A stretch of DNA of 64,000 bases, from NCBI RefSeq assembly GCF_037042905.1, contig NC_087247.1, forward strand, positions 75,454,001 through 75,518,000, given 5' to 3'. The DNA comes from Lytechinus pictus (Eukaryota). The translations under genes were made by a program, and so were the position numbers. This document shows, piece by piece, positions 12,601 to 27,600 of this stretch (positions are counted from its first letter, which is position 1; every line of letters begins with the position of its first letter). The notes below the pieces were generated by a model. The model was not told the DNA's origin and searched no databases. It was given only the letters and a program-made list of their open reading frames with translations.

Positions 12601-15600
12601 TTCTTAATCATTTAGCACTAGAACTGATCACCAGTCATTTGTAGTGCTACACTTATCCCATTCTTAATCATTTAGCGCTAGAACTGATCACCAGTCGTTT
12701 GTAAAGTCATGCTTAACTAATTGCAAAAAGCTTCATGAAACACCCCTAGGAACAATGTAACTTCATATTTTAAAAACACATGGAATGTACTGTACTGAGC
12801 ACTGAGCTTGGTGGATCAGTGCAACATCACATATCCAAGATATGCCTAAAAGGGCGTCAGTTGTTAGATTACAAAGAATATTAATTTTTAATGTTTTTTA
12901 TTGTAGTTTTCTTTTTGGCAAGTAAAGATTTAAAATAAACTTCTTTCTCTCTTTTTTTAGTGTGGAGTCCTGATTATTGTATTGAGCAATATGAACAGAA
13001 TTTTGTTCTAATAATGTAACAGACATGATGTCACCATGCTACCAGTATTAAAAAAAAAAAAAGACTATTAATTGACTGCAGCAACTACTTCCAAAGGTTA
13101 AAATATACATTTAGAATTTGGATCAGAATAACATTTACCTTTTGAGTTTCTCCACTTCTTCTGGGTTCTTCATAATGGTTCCTCGACTGGCTTTCAGCTG
13201 AAGGAAATTATTCAGCATTACATCTCGGGATGGAGTCTGTTAAAAAAATATCACATCCATACTAAAAATATAATATAACCATAATAAAAATAGCTAAGTA
13301 TTACAAACAGTCAACGGGAAAACCCTGACGGGACAAAATATGGTATCATACTGCCCCAATGCAAAATAAAAGACAGCAAAATATATAGAGAGCGACAGCC
13401 CTTGAAAACATCATAGATACTACATGTAATTTGTTGTATCTATCTTTGCTATATAAATGATATATCTTTCAGAAAATAAACACAGAAAACACTGTTGAGA
13501 ATGGAAGAAACACACAACAAACAACATGTGGCAAGTGGAAGAAGCACACACCATTAACAAACACATTGGTTGAATATTACCTTTTCAAGCTGTAAAGATA
13601 CAAATGCTTCAGGGGATCTCTTATGTTTCTCCATGCTTGATTTGAGTTTAGCAGCAAACACCACAGACTGTGTAGATATACCTACTGCACTGGATTTCCT
13701 TCGACCCTGAGATTGAGCAGAATGACTCGTCTCTACTGGAGCATTACTAGGCCTGGTAAAACAATAACAACATTTATATCAATACACTTTTATTCAAATG
13801 ATGCTTTATTCAAGTTTTCTATGGCTTTTGTAACAAACAACGACGATAAAAAAAAAAAATCACAGATAAACAAGGTGGTTTTTGTATAAAATTCTAAATC
13901 AGTCATGATATTATCAAAAGAAAACGAACAGTAGAGAATTTATATGTAAAGAAATAATTAAACAGTTTTAATAGCCCATCTATTATGCACAAAGCTATTA
14001 CATAATATCATCTCAAGATTCAATCAAAGTGTTATGATAAACTTTTATCGTTCCTATAAGTTAATGAAACTTACTGTTGTCTTGCTGGTGTGTTATCAGT
14101 ATCAGCTTCTTTGAAGTAAGAACACACACTGCCCTGCTGAATAGCAGCTAGTAATGAATTCTTATGAACAACCTGGATCATTAGAATAACACGGATATTC
14201 TCCAGACCATTCTTCTTCATGATCTGAAAAAGATACATTGATTGATCATTGAAGATTTGCAGGATAATACAGATAATGCAGAAGCAGCTTACAGTACACC
14301 ATGTGGATAGTCTTGAATGGAACTGAATTGAAATTATCCTATTTAGAATTACCCAAATGGTGTACTGAATGCTCTTTTAAAAAAATGATAATAGTAATGA
14401 TAATAATAACAATAATAACTAGAGGGTATTCATTTGTCTCGCAATCTACTATGGTCAACAAGGAAATTTGTGATCACTCTCGCAAAAAGTGTTCACTGGC
14501 TTTCTAGGAAATTCGTGATCACTCTCGCAAAAAGTGTTCGAAAGCTCATGAACTTGTAAGCTAGTGAACACTTTTTGCGAGAGTGATCACGAATTTCCTA
14601 GAAAGCCAGTGAACACTTTTTGCGAGAGTGATCACGAATTTCCTTGTTGACCATAGTAGATTGCGAGACAAATGAATACCCTCTAGCGATTATTTCAATC
14701 CGCAATAATGAACCTATTTAGTATTAATAACAATAATAATTAGATTTATATCGTGCCAAATCCACTCTGTAGAGTGCTCAAGGCGCTTTTTAGGAAATTA
14801 TAAGAGAAATTAAGAAGAATTGAAGAGAAATGTTTTAAGGTATTGTTTGAAAGTTTCAGAGGTCAAGCACTGTTGAATGTTTTCAGGGAGGCTATTCCAT
14901 AATATGGAGGATGAGTGAACAAATGATCTTTCCCCCCAGGTTTTGGAAACTTTGGGGGGTAACAAGAGAACTGGAAGAGGAGGAACGTAAGGATCTTAAA
15001 GGGGTATAACTTTTGATCAGTGAAATGAGGTACTGGGGAAAAGAGCCATTGGTGACACAGTAGAAAGTTAACAACAAAATCTTGAACATAATATGTTTTA
15101 AATAATTGATTGATGCCACTATGAGGTAAGGGACTCAATACACATAGATTTAATGATTGATTGATTTGATTTGATAGCATTTATTCCATTAATCATACAT
15201 AATACATACATTACATGGGAAAATCGTAAAATAATGCAATAATAAAATCTGAAAAGATAAAGAGGCAACTAGAAAGACAAAGCCTTATTAGCGCTGCCAC
15301 CTTTACGACAAGTGGAATGCCTCTGGCGGTCTCACCTGCATCACGCGATTCAATATAGTAGCAGTGCTGACTTTGAAAACTACTGTAACTCGCACAAGAT
15401 GTTCAGTGATACTTGGTTACTCTTATGTCCACGTTTTATGAACTAGACCAATACACTTACAGAGATATGACGGTAATTCAACAAATACCCCCAACATGGC
15501 CAAAGTTCATTGACCTTACATGGCCTTTGACCTTGATCATGTGACCTGAAACTCGCACAGGATGTTCAGTGATACTTGATTACTCTTATGTCCAAGTTTC

Positions 15601-18600
15601 ATGAATCAAATCCATAAACTTTCAAAGTTATGATGGTAATTCAACAGATACCCCCATTATGGCCAAAGTTCATTGACCTTTGACCTTGGTCATGTGACAT
15701 GAAACTCAGGCAGGATGTTCAGTAATACTTGATTAACCTTATGGCCAAGTTTCATGAACTAGGTCCATATACTTTCTAAGTTATGCTGTCATTTCAAAAA
15801 CTTAACCTTCGGTTAAGATTTGGTGTTGACGCCGCCGCCGTCGGAAAAGCGGCGCCTATAGTCTCACTCTACTATGCAGGTGAGACAAAAACTGGAAGCT
15901 GAATATGTGATATTGTGAAATATATGATGTAATAAATACTGAATACCAGATATAAACATTGAGCATAGAAGAGGGAAATGCAAATTTTAAAACAATGCAA
16001 GGAAAAGAAATATCAATGATAAGTACTATAAAAATGAAAGGGGAAAAAGGAAAAGAAACCTGATCAAACATTATTACAATATTTACTGAGAAGTTTGGTT
16101 TTATATCTACTTGATGGATATCACATCAACACACTCAAACTACTCCAAACCCTTCCCTACCACATTGTTACAATTTTTTCTTTTCTTTTTGTACTGAAAG
16201 AACAAAGGAGGATCCAATAGCTTTTAAACAGAGTGGAACATTGAACATCATGAGATCTAGGACTAGATAATTACCTTCAGACAGCCTTCCTTGCTACGGA
16301 AACTAAACATTCCAACATGTTTTTCATCCAGTTCTTGAATAGCCAAGAAGATATTGGCTGGAGTGTAACGGTCAAGATTAGAATCATCTTCTTGAAGAGC
16401 GGTCATGAAGAGAGGAGGAGGTTGGTCAGCGTCATCTTTATGAGTAGCAAACTCAAACTGGACACACCTCATGAACATATGAAATTCATCAAAACCCATC
16501 TCTACTGCTTGCTCCCTGTATAACTACATTGTCAAAAGAAATGGAACATAACATATCTACATCAAATTTCCACTTAAATGACTAGTAATACTGTAAAAAT
16601 AAAAAATATTGTATTAATGTTGATACAAGACAAATTCAATACAAATTATTGTTTATGTCATTATTGCTATAAATCTAACATAAGGTCAATGTTTAAATTT
16701 CTGGAATAAACTAAATGCAGTTTAATAGAAAATGTTAAAAATTTAGAGACAGTGTGAATGATATAATGAAAGAGATCTCCACAGATAAATGGACATGAGA
16801 AATATTAAGTGTTAGATTTTTCATTCCTGATTTTTAACAAAATCGTCACTTTTAAATAAGCTCTAAATTAGACAATAAATTGTGACATACCCGAGAAAGA
16901 ATTTCAGTCTCCCAAGAAGTCTCCACAAGCCTGTGCCTCAAATTTATTGTCTGCATCAAAAACAAATCAAGACATTAGAAATGACTAAAACTGAAAAATA
17001 AACTTGATAAATATTCTTCTGTTTAATTTTGATTTTCATTTGTCCTTGTCTCATCATCTTTTGTCCACTGCATCACAACACTAATAAACAATTCAGTTTT
17101 GAGACTTGAATTTCCTATTAACATTTTTAACATCTTTAAACTTGCTATTTTCTTAATCTATTGATAATGACTACCTTTCTGATTGTAATATGTTTTAATG
17201 TAATTTAAGCTGTTCATTGTAAATTTATACATGAGACAATATTATCTTGCTTTATTAACATTACCTTCATAATCATTTCAATTCAGTTCAACGATTGGCA
17301 GTATGAGAAAGAATAGAACAAGTTTATACAGTACAAGTAAAATGCAGAATAAATAAGTACAAATAAAAAAAACAACAAAAATACACAATTAAAGATGTAT
17401 ATAGAATTTAGACTGGATTTATAAAATAAAAGGTAAGATAGAAAAAATTTACTTGTAAAGTGTTCATTTCGTATACATGTTCTGTAAGTTTAGGCAGAGC
17501 TCTATTCTAAAATCTCTTCATTCTGTAAGGTAATTCTTGATATTTAAAGTGTATATTGAATAGTTTTCTTCCTTACTACACCACCCTGTGTGTATGATGA
17601 TGTTCTTTACCTCCATGATATCCAGCCATATCTTAAGGGTATCAGCCTGCTTTTCTTTGGCTGTTCTTCTACCTGCTGCAGCCTCCTGGGCATCCATACG
17701 AGTCGCTGCAAGCTCACAGACGAGCAGAGGATCCTCAATGAACAGATCAGAGAACAGCTAGATCATATAAAAACAAGAATTCAGTAAATATATTTACATG
17801 CTCTTTCATCTTTGCATTTGCTAACCGTTTGCAATTTCCACTCAAAAATACTAAATTACATGTTGAGTATTATTTCTCTTTTGCCTATTAAATATTGTGT
17901 AGTCCACAATGCTCCATGAATACCTACTGCTATCATCTACATCTCTACCACCATCCTCATAATCACCATAACTGACATTGATATCATCATCAATGTTATC
18001 TATTTTGTCATTATCAACTACCATCATCACAACACAATTATTTTTATTAACACATCATCACTAGACTCATTACAAGTTGTATCATCATCCCCAAATAAAT
18101 TTATTCATATTTAACGGTCCACTACTCACATCTTTCTGTACTTGAGCATTGAAGCTATGTCCCATTGGTTTCATCTCATCCCATTCCTTCTGAACAGTCT
18201 CCCATAATTTCTTCTCCATGGCAATAGCTTCAGATTCAGTTGAAGGTTCATGACAATGATAGAGTTCCTGATGGGAAGAGTAACAATCAAACTTACTTCT
18301 TCATAAATCAGAAGAAACTCTTTATCTGACTCGAAAACCAACAAAAAGTCGTAAAATATGAATTTTGAGATTTACATTGAGCTTGAAAAAGCATGTCCTA
18401 ACCTTTAAAATGGTATATAACTTGTCAAAGTTGATCAACAATAAGCCACACAAGAACTTGATTGAATGCTGAAGAATTTCAGCAAGAACTTAAAACAATA
18501 ACAAGAAAACAAGGTTTGAACTGAGGTCAAAGATGTGCACACTGAAATATCAGTGAAACTTCCAAGCGGTCTGCAAAAAATGGTAAGCAAAGAAACTCTT

Positions 18601-21600
18601 GAATCCTGTCTTTTATTCAGCTTTACAAATGCAAATTTTGAAAGTTTAAAGAAGAATTGCATTACTCCTTCAGATAAAAAATTTGTTATTTTTTGCTTTT
18701 TAAAGACACAATTACTATTTGGCTCTTCACACTTTCAGGAAGTATAAATAGATGATTGTCTTCACCATCGATGAATCAGGAAAGAGCACAGTAAACATAG
18801 CAAACATACGACTTCATAAAAATTTTGACACTTTTGGTTCCAATAATTTTAGCACAGAGTAAGACCATGGTCTAAATTAAACCTGACTTCAGAATACGGG
18901 TCATTATGTCCAATTTCTTTTAATACTTACTAACAGTTTCTTATACTGGCTAATTAAATGCCACTAAAAAACTTGCATTTGTTTTATAGCTGAGAGAGAA
19001 TTTATCACAGAAACTTAGAATTTGTGATCGATAACAGGCACACTAATGGACATCTTTGACAACTAAGACCTCATAAGAATAATTTCTAGCATATACTTAA
19101 ACAAATACCATAAATCTACATTGAGATATGAATTCTTGTCTTACTCACGTTGCAAGCATATTTAACAGCCTGAGGGATGCGACTAATGAGAGCTAGGGAG
19201 GGGTGAAACTCTAGAAGGAAGACATGTTTGAGGGCGGGACGGCTAAGATTGATTGAAATTGGCTGTTTTTTAACAATGGCATGAGGAAGACCAAACTTGT
19301 TCCCTTCTCTTGTAATGCGCTTGATGTACTCACGCTGACTCTCAATCTACGAAGAAAAACAAAATAAAACAACTTGATACAAAATTATTATTTAGATGTA
19401 AGTATTTTTATCCTTTCTCCAAGCATTTTGCCTTCTTTCTAATTTATGCATATATCAGGAAGTTTCATTAAAAGGATCTTCATCTTACTATTTCACATAA
19501 AGGCTGTGAAATAATAGGTTTCAAAATACACCATATACTTCATTTATGTGTTTTGTGTGTAACCCTAGCTTCTGGAAGACAAAAATGTTTCTATTGTATT
19601 CTACACTGCAAGAAATGTTCATATCAACTACTCTGTTACTACACCTATTATAATGTGATAAAAGCCTGTGATAGGAGATTTGCTTTATTTAGGGCCATGT
19701 CACATACAATGTACAATTATGGTAATTTATAATTATAACAGTCATAGTAACAGTGCTAAACAGCCAATCAAAATCAAGGATTTCATCAAAGTTAGCATTG
19801 GGTGGCAAAGATACCACAATAGTGACTTCATGCAACAGGGCCCAGCTCTATCAATGAGATAAAAATAAAATAGATTTCGGAGTACCTGTTTATCAGAGAC
19901 AGACTTGATCACTCCACAATGAAGTTTTAGACACCGAGACTCCATCTTGTACGTATGCACAAAGTAATCTCTCTTAAAGTCAAAGCGAGGACGCTTGTGA
20001 ATGATGTTTGTCATCTCCTGAGCGAGGGCTCTCTTCTCATGCATATCAAATACATTGTGGTAGGCTTCAAGGTATACATCAAGAAGCTATTCACAAGGAA
20101 AACAGAAATATATAAAAATTACAGAATAATTCAGAGAAAACATATCAATCATGGTACATAAGATATATTGATTTCTCACTGAAACCAATATAATTGGTAT
20201 TCTTGTACAATGAATATTCTGCAACAAAATGAACATAAGTGATTGAAACTTCTTCTATACAATAAGCACCAAAGATTCACAGAAATGCCTAATTGTTCAA
20301 TTGATTGTAGTCAAGCAATGGTCAATTTACCTGTCTCTTATTTTCTAGGAACTCTGCTTCATTGGTCCATAGATCAAGGAGAATAGCATGACGGTCAACA
20401 AGAGAATGACCATAGCTAGGGATATCTACACTATCATCACAATGGTTCTGACAGAAAGTGAGAGAATGAAAAATATATTAAAAAGAAATAATATACTTCA
20501 TCTTAAATACAAACATATGATAAATGTAACCCTTCAGCTCAACCTTGTACATAAACAATCAAACTGCTTCTGGAAATATGTCTTTCTCCTATTCAGTAAA
20601 ATATCAATCGGAATATAGAATGTTACCTAACATATAGAAAGTATCTATGAACCCAATATTAGAATTTACAAGTTATGCAAACAAACTTTGGCATGCAAAA
20701 AAAATAAAAATAATAATAATAAAATAAAAAATTAACATGGATTATTGAGACCCAAGCATAGTTTGATAAAAGTTACTGATAGAATCTAAATAAATAAACT
20801 CATCACTAAACAGACTGATGAATAAGCTGTTCAATATTGGAAGAGGTTCCCTAATGTACAAAAGTATTGTAATTAGTCACAAATCATCAGTAACGACAGC
20901 TGTGACTTTAGGAAGAGGTTCCCTAGTGTACGCAAGTATTGTAATTAGTCACAAATCATCAGTAGCCAAAGCTGTGACTATAGGAAGAGGTTCCCTAATG
21001 TACACAAGTATTGTAATTAGTCACAAATCATCAGTAGCCAAAGCTGTGACTATAGGAAGAGGTTCCCTAGTGTACGCAAGTATTGTAATTAGTCACAAAT
21101 CATCAGTAGCCAAAGCTGTGACTATAGGAAGAGGTTCCCCAATGTACACAAGTATTGTAATTAGTCACAAATCATTAGTAGCCACAGCTGTGACTATAGG
21201 AAGAGGTTCCCTAAGGTACACAAGTATTGTAATTAGTCACAAATCATTAGTAGCCACAGCTGTGACTATAGGAAGAGGTTCCCTAGTGTACGCAAGTATT
21301 GTAATTAGTCACAAATCATCAGTAGCCAAAGCTGTGACTATAGGAAGAGGTTCCCTAATGTACACAAGTATTGTAATTAGTCACAAATCATCAGTAGCCA
21401 AAGCTGTGACTATAGGAAGAGGTTCCCTAGTGTACGCAAGTATTGTAATTAGTCACAAATCATCAGTAGCCAAAGCTGTGACTATAGGAAGAGGTTCCCT
21501 AATGTACACAAGTATTGTAATTAGTCACAAATCATCAGTAGCCAAAGCTGTGACTATAGGAAGAGGTTCCCTAATGTACGCAAGTATTGTAATTAGTCAC

Positions 21601-24600
21601 AAATCATCAGTAGCCAAAGCTGTGACTATAGGAAGAGGTTCCCTAGTGTACGCAAGTATTGTAATTAGTCACAAATCATCAGTAGCCAAAGCTGTGACTA
21701 TAGGAAGAGGTTCCCCAATGTACACAAGTATTGTAATTAGTCACAAATCATTAGTAGCCACAGCTGTGACTATAGGAAGAGGTTCCCTAAGGTACACAAG
21801 TATTGTAATTAGTCACAAATCATCAGTAGCCAAAGCTGTGACTATAGGAAGAGGTTCCCTAGTGTACGCAAGTATTGTAATTAGTCACAAATCATTAGTA
21901 GCCAAAGCTGTGACTATAGGAAGAGGTTCCCTAATGTACACAAGTATTGTAATTAGTCACAAATCATTAGTAGCCACAGCTGTGACTATAGGAAGAGGTT
22001 CCCTAGTGTACGCAAGTATTGTAATTAGTCACAAATCATCAGTAGCCAAAGCTGTGACTATAGGAAGAGGTTCCCTAGTGTACGCAAGTATTGTAATTAG
22101 TCACAAATCATCAGTAGCCAAAGCTGTGACTATAGGAAGAGGTTCCCTAGTGTACGCAAGTATTGTAATTAGTCACAAATCATCAGTAGCCAAAGCTGTG
22201 ACTATAGGAAGAGGTTCCCTAGTGTACGCAAGTATTGTAATTAGTCACAAATCATCAGTAGCCAAAGCTGTGACTATAGGAAGAGGTTCCCTAATGTACA
22301 CAAGTATTGTAATTAGTCACAAATCATCAGTAGCCAAAGCTGTGACTATAGGAAGAGGTTCCCTAGTGTACGCAAGTATTGTAATTAGTCACAAATCATC
22401 AGTAGCCAAAGCTGTGACTATAGGAAGAGGTTCCCTAGTGTACGCAAGTATTGTAATTAGTCACAAATCATCAGTAGCCAAAGCTGTGACTATAGGAAGA
22501 GGTTCCCTAGTGTACGCAAGTATTGTAATTAGTCACAAATCATCAGTAGCCAAAGCTGTGACTATAGGAAGAGGTTCCCTAGTGTACGCAAGTATTGTAA
22601 TTAGTCACAAATCATTAGTAGCCAAAGCTGTGACTATAGGAAGAGGTTCCCTAATGTACACAAGTATTGTAATTAGTCACAAATCATTAGTAGCCACAGC
22701 TGTGACTATAGGAAGAGGTTCCCTAGTGTACACAAGTATTGTAATTAGTCACAAATCATTAGTAGCCAAAGCTGTGACTATAGGAAGAGGTTCCCTAGTG
22801 TACGCAAGTATTGTAATTAGTCACAAATCATCAGTAGCCAAAGCTGTGACTATAGGAAGAGGTTCCCTAATGTACACAAGTATTGTAATTAGTCACAAAT
22901 CATCAGTAGCCAAAGCTGTGACTATAGGAAGAGGTTCCCTAGTGTACGCAAGTATTGTAATTAGTCACAAATCATCAGTAGCCAAAGCTGTGACTATAGG
23001 AAGAGGTTCCCTAGTGTACGCAAGTATTGTAATTAGTCACAAATCATCAGTAGCCAAAGCTGTGACTATAGGAAGAGGTTCCCTAGTGTACGCAAGTATT
23101 GTAATTAGTCACAAATCATCAGTAGCCAAAGCTGTGACTATAGGAAGAGGTTCCCTAATGTACACAAGTATTGTAATTTTTCACAAATCATCAGTAGCCA
23201 AAGCTGTGACTATAGGAAGAGGTTCCCTAATGTACACAAGTATTGTAATTAGTCACAAATCATCAGTAGCCAAAGCTGTGACTATAGGAAGAGGTTCCCT
23301 AGTGTACGCAAGTATTGTAATTAGTCACAAATCATCAGTAGCCAAAGCTGTGACTATAGGAAGAGGTTCCCTAGTGTACGCAAGTATTGTAATTAGTCAC
23401 AAATCATCAGTAGCCAAAGCTGTGACTATAGGAAGAGGTTCCCTAGTGTACGCAAGTATTGTAATTAGTCACAAATCATCAGTAGCCAAAGCTGTGACTA
23501 CCATTAAATAGTATGAAAAGGCCTAGATGCTAATAATAAGAAAGAAGACAAGAAGTGACTACCTGTCGTCTTGAGGAGCTGATACGTGACATTGCCGGTC
23601 CGTCTTTCTTAGTCCTGTTTTCACGATCTTTCTCAATAAAATGTGTTGCTATCAGCAGGAGATCAGTCTCTAAGTTCCTGTCAAATGATACAACATTCAA
23701 TAAATTTGAATTTCAACAGATTTATCAAAAACAACACAGATATTACAACTGAGTTTTAATTTAAGTCAATAACTAGAGAAGCATTGTTCTAAAGCTCTAA
23801 AGATTTAGAAGTCAGTCGATGAATTACTTACTTCATATCTTCCTTGGCCTTGTGATAGATGATATAATAACCTCTTTGATCTTGTACATGTACCCTTCCT
23901 TCATCAATGGTATAGAAATCATCATGGTTCTCAATATCAGAAAATTCCATGAACTCAGATTCTGACAACCTGAAGAAAAAGGAAATACTCAATGAGTAAG
24001 CTCTTTGAGACATATTCAGATAGTATTTGAGTAGGCTTAGTTATGTCTCATACAGTATGCAGTTGCTAGAGTACCTAGCAATAAAATCACAACAGAAAAT
24101 ATTAAAAACAGTTCTATAAGTTTAGCTTGAATTTCATTCCAGACCATTACAGAAATACTTGAGGCAATAGGGATGAACTATACTATTTACCTAGATTTAC
24201 TCAATCTAAAGAATCACATGCATAAGACTGGGATCTTCTGCCTTCTTGCTAAATGTACAGTATTTACATTGGAGAAGTGTAATAAAAACAACTCATGTTA
24301 TGCATAGCCTGCTGGTAGAGCAGTTTTGTAAATAGATTAGCTAACCTGAGAAAATCAAACAATGTCAATATTATCATTACTCATTAATTAAACTGTAGAA
24401 ATGAGAGTTAACTCACTTGAATTCTGCTGGTGTGTTATGCAGGTAACCATGGTTACCAAGTCCACCTCCTCCTCCCATGCCTGCTTCTGGTGTTCCTTGT
24501 CTGTGGTTCTGATGACTGAGTTGAAAATAAAGTTGGAAATAAATCGGAAACCCTACTATAACATGACAAGATTATAAAATAAAACTATGAAATTAGTAAG

Positions 24601-27600
24601 ATAAAAAGATTATTGATTAACTGATTCATAAGAACAATGAAGACAAGTACAAATAAAAGTGACCTCATTTTGGTCTATTATTTCAACGAATTGTAATTAA
24701 TAAATCTATTTTCTTATCGGAAAACTTAAAGAGTAAGATATAAAAAGTTACCTTTCATTCTGAATATGGTTTCTATACAATCACAAAACACAGATAAAAA
24801 AAAACAAATAATGGTAAAATTTCATCTTAAGTGTGATTATACCATAGAGATATATTACGAGTTTGCTAGAGTGCGGACTCGCAATAGGCGAGCGTACTTA
24901 ACGTTTGTGATTGCGCAGAGCATGGTCGGCCATTGCTCGATAGGTCTAGATTTGCAAAAGTACCCAGACGTACACAAGCTTGTGCGTTGTAACGCTGTGT
25001 GAAAAAGGGATGTGGTCTCCAGCTTTTATCTTGAAGAAAAGAATCCAACCTCAGTTGAAAATATGAATGACAAATTGCATCTCAAACTATTAGAGTGATT
25101 AAATGGGGATTATGCTATCAATTTGGCATTTTTACCCGACTTCTCGGGATGAAATTCTCCTAAATTATTTGCATTAACTTTATGTCCATTTATTGGCCTA
25201 TAATAATAGACAACAATATTGATAATATCACACAAATAAATAGATAAAAATAAAGCATAGCATACAACATACATTAATAGAAAGATTGGCAATTAATTAA
25301 AAAGACAGTGAATTAGCCATCTTCTCTGGATTTCCCTACCTTTAACTGCATTGTCCTTTTCCCACATTTCCTTCATTCACATCCTTTGATATATGTTGGA
25401 AATAATTTTGTCATTTTTATATAGACCTACTATACGTAACTTGCTTTAATTTGTACGAAATATATCATTTTTCTAATGTACAATTTGTTTAAGTTAGTGT
25501 TTTGATCTTTGATTACAATATGTGACAATATGTGCCAATAAGATTTTTTTCAATTCAATTTCTTTTTCAAATTGAATTGAATTGAATTGATCTTTGATTA
25601 TATGCGCTTTTATAATTTTATTAGCAAATGGTATAAAGGGCATGTCATGATTGTTCTTGGTGAGCCTCCCATTACACCATCAATGTTAAAATTTGTGTTA
25701 TTGGGTGTATGTGTTGATTTTTTCTCATAGGATCATAATAAACTCCCAAATCTGCAGGCCTATATGGCACCGAAAAAGAAATATTGATTTATAAAAATGT
25801 CAAGAATTACTTTATATTGTTCCAACTTTTTGCTTTATAATTCCCTTCACTTAAAGCTAAAATCTTTTTTTTTTAATTTGCTTTATAGGGGGTGGGTGTA
25901 ATTAAAGCGACGTACACACCCAAGCAAATTCACTTTAACCAAGGAGATAGTGATATCTCCTTGCTTTAACATACTGATCAAAATAAAATACAGGGGGCAC
26001 GACCGTACCCCTCCTTGAAGTGGAAATGAACATAACATAATAAATAATTGTGATTTTATGCACCTCCACCACTTTCAAAATCATTCCGCGGCCCTGTATA
26101 AAATGATATGATAATTATGTTCATCAATAGAAATCTTATTATAAAACAAACCTGAATAATCAAACTCAGGTCTATAGGCTAGCCAAAGAAATTAAAAGAA
26201 GAAAAATAGAAAATCAAATTCAGTATATACTTTTAAAAATGACAAACAAAACTGAATATGCAAAACGCATATTTATATGTTTATAATTATGTATAGGCCG
26301 GTGCCAGTGTTTGGAAATCTTTGCCATAAAGTTAATATTCAAGCGACACAGACAAAGTTAATTAACACAATTTCAAGACAGGTATTACACTTGAGATTAA
26401 ATTAGGATGATTACTCAACAACCAACAATTTGTAATATCTTATTCCAAGTAGACCTATTTGTCAGTTTTGCAATATTATTGCTTAATATGTTCAGTTTTA
26501 GCACTCACAATTTTGCCACCGATTATGCTAAGTTTATTAAGTTTGCATTTATATCTTTCATGATATTTTTATCAATTGGTTTTATGCACTCAGTTTTAGT
26601 AATAATATTCTTTGTAGTATAGTACAATTATAATATCCTTCTCCCGCCCATTTTCTTCTCCTCCTACTTCCTCTCCTTATTATGATTCTTTCCTTGATTT
26701 GTTCACATAATATTGGTCCAGTCATCATATAGGAGCGCAAACGCCGGCCATACATCATCAGAATATTTCAGCCAGTTTGCCAATCAGCATCAGTATTTCA
26801 GCTGAGGTAAATCAAGTCTAGACTTTCCAGAAAATCATAGTGAATTTTTTTTATGTTGCGCATTGTAATTTGTTTACTCTCCAAAATTTTGAAATGTTTG
26901 CAAGGCAATAATACACTATAAAACTCCTAAACTTTCCCCCATTAGGCCTCATGTGCGCATTTGATGCAAGTTTGCTGTCAACAAACTTTTCCACATTGAT
27001 CGCATGTAAGAAAGTAATCAATATGATTGGATGGTTGCCAGCATTGGAAATCTAAATCATCAATTAACTGGACCAATCATGAATGGGTAAATCATTTTCA
27101 AATATTATCAATAAAAAGTCATTTTATGACTTACAAGTTATTGTGATGTTGGTTACATTAACGTTTAACACCATGGGGGAAAGGAGTCCGGCCCTATTCT
27201 ATATATGATTTCTATGTGTATATCTACAGGAAAAAATGAATTTACCAAAAGTGAAGAAATTAAGTATCAGCAATCAGCATCATAGTAATTAGGAATGTAT
27301 ACTTGAAAATTGGCAATCATGTTTTTTTTTCTCTCAATACTTTATAGTGTCTCGGATGCATCAGACACTGTGATAGGGCCTATGAAATTTCTGAGGTCAA
27401 TTTGAACACCAGATCATATAAAAACATGTCAAATTTGTTAATCAGGACCTATAATGATATGCCTGGGCCTACATGTTATTTTTAATACTCATCCCTTCCA
27501 AATCATTAGAAAATAGAAATCAAAACAATTGGGGATGTATATCGTTGGCCTTTATTATAGTTGTATGATATATTATGTGCTATAGATCGGCCTATATAGG

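Noticed and set aside
11883-12703. CRISPR-like array (also considered for the 72-bp and ~180-bp arrays)
   Set aside because: Units are contiguous with no unique spacers, there are no cas genes, and the context is eukaryotic.
17560-17610. Extension of exon 22 beyond GAG|GTAAAG
   Set aside because: The frame stays open briefly, but the upstream donor is strong and gives phase 0, matching exon 23.
20818-23511. 897-aa ORF as a genuine protein-coding gene
   Set aside because: It is entirely a 72-bp tandem repeat (a multiple of 3), antisense in an intron, and the recurring unit variants are non-synonymous.
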